25,105 nucleotides of DNA, taken from positions 1 to 25,105 of IMG/VR virus record IMGVR_UViG_3300042564_002498; one strand, given 5' to 3'. Positions 1-6,501 of the stretch are shown piece by piece (position 1 is the first letter of the stretch; each line of letters begins with the position of its first letter). This stretch comes from a virus. Lineage: Duplodnaviria; Caudoviricetes. The notes under the pieces were generated by a model. That model was not told the origin of the DNA, made no database searches, and saw nothing but the letters and a program-made list of their open reading frames with translations. The translations under genes and the position numbers were made by a program.

Positions 1-2330
1 GAGGTCCCGCTTGAACCGGATGTTCCTGATGAACCACTTGTTCCACTTGTACCTGAAGTTCCTGAAGAACCACTACTACCACTTGTCCCTGAACTACCAT
101 CTGTTCCTGAAGAACCTGAACTTCCGCTAGTTCCACTTGAACCCGATGTTCCCGAAGAACCCGAAGTTCCTGATGTTCCCGAAGTTCCTGATGAACCGCT
201 TGTTCCACTACTACCATCTGAGCCCGAAGTTCCTGATGAACCGCTTATTCCACTTGAACCTGAAGTTCCTGAGCTTCCGCTAGTTCCACTTGAACCCGAT
301 GTTCCCGAACTTCCTGATGAGCCACTTGTTCCGCTTGAACCTGAACTACCCGATGTTCCTGATGAACCACTCGTTCCCGAAGAACCCGAAGTTCCACTAC
401 TACCACTTGAACCCGAACTACCACCCGTTCCACTACTACCTGAAGTTCCGCTTGTTCCTGATGCTCCACTTAATCCCGAAGTTCCACTGCTACCACTTGT
501 TCCTGAAGAACCACTTGAACCTGAAGTTCCACTACTACCACTAGTTCCTGAACTACCATCTGTTCCGCTTGACCCTGAAGACCCTGACGAGCCACTACTA
601 CCCGATGTTCCTGAAGAACCACTAGACCCACTTGAACCGGATGTCCCTGAACTACCATCTGTTCCGCTAGTTCCACTTGAACCCGATGTCCCTGAAGAAC
701 CTGAAGTTCCACTACTACCACTAGTCCCTGAAGAACCGCTTGAACCCGATGTGCCTGAAGAACCGCTTGAACCTGAAGAACCTGAAGTTCCACTACTACC
801 ACTAGTCCCTGAACTACCATCTGTTCCGCTAGTTCCTGACGAACCACTTGTTCCACTTGAACCTGATGTTCCTGAGCTACCATCTGTTCCGCTAGTTCCA
901 CTTGAACCCGAAGTTCCACTTGTTCCTGACGAACCACTTGTTCCTGACGAACCACTTGTTCCACTTATACCACTACTACCGCTAGTTCCTGAAGTTCCTG
1001 ATACCCCATCTAATCCTGATGTCCCACTACTACCGCTAGTTCCTGAAGACCCCGAAGTTCCGCTTAAGCCTGATGTGCCAGAAGAACCCGAAGTTCCACT
1101 ACTACCATCCGTTCCGCTTGTTCCACTACTACCACTTGTTCCGCTTGAACCCGAAGTTCCTGACGAACCGTTAATACCACTTGTTCCTGAAGAACCCGAA
1201 GTTCCACTACTACCACTAATTCCTGAAGAACCACTTGTTCCACTTGTTCCTGATGCCCCGCTTACCCCACTTGAACCTGACGTTCCTGAACTACCTGAAG
1301 AACCGCTTGCACCACTACTTCCGCTAGTCCCCGAAGAACCCGAAGTTCCACTACCACCACTAGTTCCCGAACTTCCTGAAGAACCCGAAGTTCCACTACT
1401 ACCACTAGTTCCCGAACTTCCTGAAGAACCTGATGAACCACTGGTTCCACTTGTACCTGTTGTTCCTCCGGTGATATTAATTAAAACATTTCCATTACCA
1501 TAATTAATAACAGAAGCCCCCGAAAACGTCATTCCCGTCACATTTAGTGCAGTAACACCAGATGTTGCGTCATAAACAGTAAGAGTTCCCGCATTTGATA
1601 TGATTCCACCAATATTAACGACACTACCATCGCTATTATTTAGAGTTAACGTGGAAGTCCCACTGTTATAAGTTCCACCTGTCACAGTTCCATTAAACCC
1701 TGATATTGAGATTGTTCCTCCTGTATTATTATATAAATCTAAAGTCGTTATTGCCGAGTAATATGTCCCTCCAGTTATTTGGATGTCACTACCCCAAAAT
1801 ATTTTCCATCTTGCGTCATTACGATTAACACCATTTACCCCTTCAATTGTTGACCCTGTCCAAGTTCCTATAAAATCTCTTCCGGCTTGTGAACGATTAT
1901 TAACCACCGTTCCATAATTACTAATTGTTATTGCAGAATTACCGGTAAGTCCCGTTAAAGACCCCCATAATGTATCATAATTTGGTATTGTGAATTGATA
2001 AACTGTATCCGTTTCTTGAACATACACTTGCATACCCAATCGTCTTCTTCCTGAAGAAATATTATCCGAGTTTAAAGTAATAAAATCAGGAGAGAATGCC
2101 GTACCAGTTCCTTTTGTAAAATTGATAGGTATTGTATTCGCCGACAATTGAATATTCGCAGGATAAGTTGCTGCGGTTAACACTAGTTGTAAATCATCTA
2201 AATTATAAACCTCCATATAACCCCCTGTCTGTAAAACAGAGAAATTAGTCCCAAACGTACTTGTTCTTACGACACTATTAGGTCCCGATAATTGTGATGA
2301 TGATATAGGATTTTTATATGGAAAAGACAT
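1..2330 (-). CDS. Collagen-like (Gly-X-Y, Ser/Thr-rich) fibre/virion surface protein; 3' end runs off the window; not in the supplied ORF track
   Basis: ATG at 2328-2330 (minus). Hand translation: MSFPYKNPISSSQLSGPNSVVRTSTFG...SGRRRLGMQVYVQETDTVYQF...NVLINITGGTTGTSGTSGSSGSSGSSGTSG..., still in frame at positions 3-26 (GTSGSSGT). No stop seen, at least 776 codons. It was probably missed because no stop lies inside the window. The fibre role is inferred from the repeat and its position after baseplate genes. Confidence 0.9.
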   Translation of the reverse strand, partial: MSFPYKNPISSSQLSGPNSVVRTSTFGTNFSVLQTGGYMEVYNLDDLQLVLTAATYPANIQLSANTIPINFTKGTGTAFSPDFITLNSDNISSGRRRLGMQVYVQETDTVYQFTIPNYDTLWGSLTGLTGNSAITISNYGTVVNNRSQAGRDFIGTWTGSTIEGVNGVNRNDARWKIFWGSDIQITGGTYYSAITTLDLYNNTGGTISISGFNGTVTGGTYNSGTSTLTLNNSDGSVVNIGGIISNAGTLTVYDATSGVTALNVTGMTFSGASVINYGNGNVLINITGGTTGTSGTSGSSGSSGSSGTSGSSGTSGSSGSSGTSGGSGTSGSSGTSGSSGASGSSGSSGTSGSSGVSGASGTSGTSGSSGISGSSGTSGSSGTSGINGSSGTSGSSGTSGSSGTSGTDGSSGTSGSSGTSGLSGTSGSSGTSGSSGTSGLDGVSGTSGTSGSSGISGTSGSSGTSGSSGTSGTSGSSGTSGTDGSSGTSGSSGTSGSSGTSGTDGSSGTSGSSGTSGSSGSSGSSGTSGSSGSSGTSGSSGTSGSSGTSGSSGTSGTDGSSGTSGSSGSSGSSGTSGSSGSSGSSGSSGTDGSSGTSGSSGTSGSSGSSGTSGSSGTSGLSGASGTSGTSGSSGTGGSSGSSGSSGTSGSSGTSGSSGTSGSSGSSGTSGSSGSSGTSGSSGTSGSSGTSGSSGISGSSGTSGSDGSSGTSGSSGTSGTSGTSGSSGTSGSSGTSGSSGSSGTDGSSGTSGSSGSSGTSGTSGTSGSSGTSGSSGT
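3..1466 (-). repeat. Degenerate 9-bp-period coding repeat encoding G-[ST]-S type triplets
   Basis: Gly codons at 1464-1466, 249-251 and 6-8 are separated by exact multiples of 9 nt (1458 = 162 x 9). The antisense shadow ORF shows Pro every third residue without a break. Higher-order units recur, e.g. + strand gaactaccatctgttcc (GTDGSS) and cctgaagttccactactacc. Confidence 0.95.
1602..1778 (-). repeat. Tandem 31-aa duplication (TGGTY repeat) in the N-terminal part of the collagen-like protein
   Basis: ITGGTYYSAITTLDLYNNTGGTISISGF versus VTGGTYNSGTSTLTLNNSDGSVVNIGGI, 93 nt apart. Confidence 0.75.
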
Positions 2331-2358
2331 GTTTTATATTATTATTCTATGTTTTTAT

Positions 2359-3474
2359 TTATGATTTAGTATCCCCTTTAACCCAAAAACTAGAAGTCAT
2401 TGGTGTTGATGATGGTTCCCAATACAATTCGTTCATCCATAACACTCTATAGACTCCAGCAGGAATTGCACATCCACTCGGAACTGTAACATTAATCCCC
2501 GCATTTGTAACATCAGGAACCCCATCATTAATAACCGAAACAGAACAAGGACTACCATATCCAACATCAAGAGTCATGTTATTAAATGTTCCTCCAACAC
2601 CTGCCAATGGTACCCAAACAGTATATGAATATTGTTGGGTTGTTGCATTAACCTGAGAAGTAGTAACTTGGATACTACCAAATGTATATTGATTCTGAGA
2701 ACATCCATAACTATCAACACCTGAACCCGGTGATTGTCTTATTTGACCTGATAGTGTTGAGACATTAGTTATAAAGTTTCCAACTGACCCTGTCCATCCT
2801 GAATATTGAGCGTATATTGCCATATCTCCCGCATAATTTGCCCCCGCAGGTACTCCAGTGTTACCAAAACCAAAGAATGAAACCGCTCCCGAATCAAACA
2901 TAAATTGCCCTAAATCATTTAATGAGATTGAATCTTGAGGTTCAGGGAATAAATATGCATAGTAAAGTCCTGATGTTGGAGTTGGTGTTATTGTAGGTGT
3001 TGGTGTAGGTGAACTTGTGGTTGTTGGTGTTGTTGTAGGAGTTGATGTAATTGTTGGTGTTGGGCTAGGAGATAATCCAGGAGTCACAGTCGGTGTTGTT
3101 GTTGGAGTTGAAGTTGTTGTTGGAGTTACAGTCGGAGTCGTTGTAGGAGTTGGTGTAATTGTTGGAGTCGGGCTAGGAGATAACCCAGGAGTTACAGTTG
3201 GTGTTGGTGTTATCGTTGGTGTTGGAGTCGGTGTTGGACTACTACATGGAATAAGTTCAAATAATTCACATCCGTTAGCATCAACTAACGTTAGTAGTAT
3301 TTCAGGTGCCGTCTCAAATATAGGTGGAATTATTGCGGTATAAAATAATTCTGGCGGTACAGGTCCCGACGCAATTGTAGTTAAATAACTTTGGTTATTT
3401 CCATAAACATCTGAGATAAAAACATCAATAGGATACGTTCCTCCTGATATATTAGTTATTCGTATTTGTACCAT
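2359..3474 (-). CDS. 371-aa putative virion surface protein: SprB-like N-terminal unit, Pro/Thr linker, unknown C-terminal domain
   Basis: The N-terminus [13 protein letters not shown]...[10 protein letters not shown] resembles the SprB-type units of the upstream gene. It is followed by a ~90-aa PT/PS linker and a ~200-aa aromatic/Gly-rich domain. Confidence 0.8.
   Translation of the reverse strand: MVQIRITNISGGTYPIDVFISDVYGNNQSYLTTIASGPVPPELFYTAIIPPIFETAPEILLTLVDANGCELFELIPCSSPTPTPTPTITPTPTVTPGLSPSPTPTITPTPTTTPTVTPTTTSTPTTTPTVTPGLSPSPTPTITSTPTTTPTTTSSPTPTPTITPTPTSGLYYAYLFPEPQDSISLNDLGQFMFDSGAVSFFGFGNTGVPAGANYAGDMAIYAQYSGWTGSVGNFITNVSTLSGQIRQSPGSGVDSYGCSQNQYTFGSIQVTTSQVNATTQQYSYTVWVPLAGVGGTFNNMTLDVGYGSPCSVSVINDGVPDVTNAGINVTVPSGCAIPAGVYRVLWMNELYWEPSSTPMTSSFWVKGDTKS
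2974..3240 (-). repeat. Pro/Thr-rich linker with internal 108-bp duplication
   Basis: [15 protein letters not shown] occurs twice. The + strand sequence gggctaggagataa occurs at 3062 and 3170. Codons are otherwise diverged. Confidence 0.85.
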
Positions 3475-3478
3475 TAAC

Positions 3479-3486
3479 TATAAATA
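3479..3486 (-). promoter_or_regulatory. TATTTATA motif 4 nt upstream of the ATG at 3474
   Basis: + strand tataaata. Recurs in other intergenic gaps of the structural module; a late-expression role is inferred. Confidence 0.55.
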
Positions 3487-3537
3487 CAACAATTTTATAT
3501 TTGCGTTAGAATAAAATTAAACCTTTAAATTCAAATA

Positions 3538-6501
3538 CTAAGTAAATGAAACATTACAACATGAAGGTATTTGAGACGCCCCATAATTAACTAAACCATT
3601 ATTTGTTTGATAAGTTATGGCATATGGAAAAACATTATCGATTGAATATACATCTCCGGTTGCTACTGTAAAATAAATATTTCCACTATCTATGAATAAC
3701 CCAAAGACATCTACTATAGGTGTAGGAAATAAATATGAAGATAAATTAATATCAACCTCAACAACACCTGTAGTGTAATCTTGTTGCGTAATATATTCTA
3801 CAAAAGTAAAACTGTCAATATTAGACGTAATTAATTTATTATTTGTAGTTAAAATAATATCTCCAGTTATTTCTCTATTAGTTGGTAAATTAAATTTAGG
3901 TGTAAATGTTGCAACACCTCTGAAAAGGGCAATTTCACCGACAGTATTTCCGATAGGACTTCCACTCGATGAAATTAATGTCGTATCATTTTTAGCGAAA
4001 AGACCAGGTCCTAATCCTGGAACATAGTAGGAACGACTACTTGAACCACTAAAAGGACTTAATGTAATGTTATATTCATATAAACCACCTGAAATTCCTC
4101 CGTCATATAACCACATCTTATTAGGAGTATGTGCGATATCAACTGCCGCAGGTAAAGTAGTGTTAAAAGATGGGTTGAGTAATGTAGTGTCATTTGTTTG
4201 GTATTGATATTGATATACGGCATTTGACGATGTATTAATTAATACCGAACATAATATAGATATTGGAATCGAAGTTGGTGTAGGTGTTAAAGTTGGTGTA
4301 GGTGTTAAAGTTGGTGTAAGTGTTAAAGTTGGTGTAGGGGTTAAAGTTGGTGTAGGTGTTGGGCTTATCGGACATTCACATAATATATCATATACTATCG
4401 TTAATTCAACAATAATTCTTTGTCCATTTAATGTATTATCATCAGGAATTGTGCTAATAGTTATTTGATTATTTTGGTCATCAATTACTACCCCTCCAAT
4501 ACCCGGAATCGTTAATAACAAACTCGTAAGTGTTTCATAGTAAAGACTATCAGTGGGCACGGAAGTTAATGTTGTTCCGGTAAAGAAATTTTCGCTTCTA
4601 GTAAAACCTGATGGGGTCACAGAAACTTTAACCCCAAAAACAGCAGTATTTAAGTGACAATTAACTTCGTTTGCCGTTAAGTCATTAAATCCTTCGTTTA
4701 ACATTTGGGTTAACCCAAATTTAGATTGTGACTGTATTGTAAAATTTTCCCCACCCATTACATATGTTTGGTAGGACACGTAAAGCGCATCACAACTAAT
4801 AGTTGTGTTTCTTTCCAAAGTGCATCCATTACTATCTGTAATAGATAAAGTATATGTGTCGGCACTTAAATTACCGACCTCAATCTCTTGGGGATTCCCG
4901 GGAACATTAGTTGACCAATTAAAAGTAAAAGGAGGTGTCCCACTTGAAATTAACGCAGTTAAAGTCCCTTCCGTTCCATTACCGCAAGATGTGCTATACA
5001 ATGTAAAATTCAAAGGGTCACTTGTTCCAACATATACTTGAGATGTTTGAACACATCCCGCAGCGTCAGTAACACTAACCGTGTGTTGACCTGAGGATAC
5101 ATTAGTAAATGTTACCGCAGACAGAGTAGTGTTTAGAACATTTTGAACCCCATCCAAAGAAAAATCATAAGGACTTGCGCCACCTTCAGTTCTTGTTAAC
5201 AATACTGAACCATTATTTTGATTACAAGTTGTTCCTGTGACATTAGTTGAAATTGTATAAGTGTTTGTCGCAAACAAGGTCACCTCTTCCATAAAATAAC
5301 ATGATGAAGAATCTTGAATTGCAACACTATAAGTTCCTGATGATAGATTATTAAAAATATAAGTCGTTTGTGAACTACTGATATTTGATGTGTTTCCGTT
5401 AGGGTAAATTATAGTATAAGTGTATGGTGTTACTCCACCAATAACCGAAACTTGTATTGAACCATCACTACTTGAACAGGTAGACCCATTTGTATTTATG
5501 CTAACCGATGTCATACCTTGAGGTGATGTTAATACCGTACCTGCGACAAATGAACATAACGCAGCATCTGTTACTTGGATAGAATAAAATCCGGGTGATA
5601 GTCCATTCACAGTCCAAGATGTTCCATATTGAATTGTGACTTCACCCGTAGAGGCAGAATAGTAATATGGTGCAGTTCCACCCACAATTTGAATTGTCAG
5701 TGAACCGTCAGCTTGGAAACAGCTAGGTGGGACTGCGGTAAAGGCTCCTAATGCAACTTGTGGAACATCTGTAACGTTTGCACCTTTAGTTTGAGAACAT
5801 CCAAAAGAATCCGTAACAGTTACCGAATAAGCTCCTGACGTTAATCCTGTTATTGTGGTTCCCGTTGCACCATTAGACCAATTGTAGGTATATGGTGGAG
5901 AACCTGTTATTCCGGTTATGGTAATCTTACCAATCGGTGTTCCACCGCATGATGAGTTTGGTACGACATATAATCCAAAATCTAAAGGAGTAGAGTCTTC
6001 GATGATAAAATTTTGACTATAACCAGTACATCCTCCAACATCAATAACTTTCATATAGTAAGTTCCGGCACTCAGTGTGCCAAATACTACCTCATTCACA
6101 TTAATATTTGTGCTTTGTAACATCAAATTGTTATCATTCGAATCATACAAGTAAAACTGTGTTGTTGAAAAATTTGAAGATGAGGTTCCTGTGACTGAAC
6201 CATTATCAAATCCACATGTTGTTCCTTGGACTCCGAGAATGCTGGCACATACCCCTGACGATACAGGGATATTAATGTTTAACGTTTGATTAACAGGTAA
6301 TGTGCTGTCATTAACAGTTACAATATATGTATCGGAATTTAATGAGGTTCGTATTGATGGTTGAAATGTAACCACATCCGTGCCTAAATTTGGGGTGACC
6401 CATTGGACGGTATACGGTTCATTACCCCCGTTAATTAAGAGTGATATCGCACCTGAACTTGTGCTTTGACAATCCCCTGTAACTGATATATTGTAATTCA
6501 T
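3538..6501 (-). CDS. 987-aa SprB-repeat adhesin-like virion protein (7 SprB-like repeats, shared domain, PT linker, possible beta-propeller tip)
   Basis: Start moved from the track's TTG at 6513 to the ATG at 6499-6501, which overlaps the upstream TAA (TAATG). Repeats such as GKITITGITGSPPYTYNWSNGATGTTITGLTSGAYSVTVTDSFGC match the SprB repeat pattern of Bacteroidota surface adhesins. Confidence 0.85.
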   Translation of the reverse strand: MNYNISVTGDCQSTSSGAISLLINGGNEPYTVQWVTPNLGTDVVTFQPSIRTSLNSDTYIVTVNDSTLPVNQTLNINIPVSSGVCASILGVQGTTCGFDNGSVTGTSSSNFSTTQFYLYDSNDNNLMLQSTNINVNEVVFGTLSAGTYYMKVIDVGGCTGYSQNFIIEDSTPLDFGLYVVPNSSCGGTPIGKITITGITGSPPYTYNWSNGATGTTITGLTSGAYSVTVTDSFGCSQTKGANVTDVPQVALGAFTAVPPSCFQADGSLTIQIVGGTAPYYYSASTGEVTIQYGTSWTVNGLSPGFYSIQVTDAALCSFVAGTVLTSPQGMTSVSINTNGSTCSSSDGSIQVSVIGGVTPYTYTIIYPNGNTSNISSSQTTYIFNNLSSGTYSVAIQDSSSCYFMEEVTLFATNTYTISTNVTGTTCNQNNGSVLLTRTEGGASPYDFSLDGVQNVLNTTLSAVTFTNVSSGQHTVSVTDAAGCVQTSQVYVGTSDPLNFTLYSTSCGNGTEGTLTALISSGTPPFTFNWSTNVPGNPQEIEVGNLSADTYTLSITDSNGCTLERNTTISCDALYVSYQTYVMGGENFTIQSQSKFGLTQMLNEGFNDLTANEVNCHLNTAVFGVKVSVTPSGFTRSENFFTGTTLTSVPTDSLYYETLTSLLLTIPGIGGVVIDDQNNQITISTIPDDNTLNGQRIIVELTIVYDILCECPISPTPTPTLTPTPTLTLTPTLTPTPTLTPTPTSIPISILCSVLINTSSNAVYQYQYQTNDTTLLNPSFNTTLPAAVDIAHTPNKMWLYDGGISGGLYEYNITLSPFSGSSSRSYYVPGLGPGLFAKNDTTLISSSGSPIGNTVGEIALFRGVATFTPKFNLPTNREITGDIILTTNNKLITSNIDSFTFVEYITQQDYTTGVVEVDINLSSYLFPTPIVDVFGLFIDSGNIYFTVATGDVYSIDNVFPYAITYQTNNGLVNYGASQIPSCCNVSFT
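4273..4360. repeat. Near-perfect 18-bp tandem repeat (~4.9 copies) encoding an LTPTPT linker
   Basis: Unit agttggtgtaggtgttaa at 4273, 4291, 4309 (1 mismatch), 4327 (1 mismatch) and 4345 (16 nt). Confidence 0.95.
4820..6460 (-). repeat. Seven tandem SprB-like protein repeats (~75-85 aa)
   Basis: Units end in DTYIVTVNDS, GTYYMKVIDVGGC, GAYSVTVTDSFGC, GFYSIQVTDAALC, GTYSVAIQDSSSC, GQHTVSVTDAAGC and DTYTLSITDSNGC. Most begin with C-x3-4-G[SKT] followed by G-x-x-P[YF]. Confidence 0.8.

Noticed and set aside
1-1466. Possible CRISPR array or non-coding satellite
   Set aside because: There is no constant repeat with unique spacers. Variation is mostly synonymous and preserves Gly every third codon.
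1-1503. Plus-strand P-x-x repeat ORF (751-1503, frame appears open from 1) and short ORFs 245-469, 290-544, 470-964, 1262-1450
   Set aside because: These are shadow frames of the Gly-X-Y repeat. Only the minus frame starting at 2330 has a non-repetitive N-terminus and matches the operon's orientation.
3017-3343. Plus-strand Val/Gly-rich ORF
   Set aside because: Antisense mirror of the Pro/Thr linker.
3465-3518. TATATTTG (Bacteroidota -7 box TAnnTTTG) at 3496-3503 on the plus strand, and an 8-bp AT inverted repeat (3491-3498/3511-3518)
   Set aside because: It is antisense to all genes, the nearest upstream TTTG is 27 nt away (longer than typical spacing), and the AT-only stem is weak. Chance is likely.
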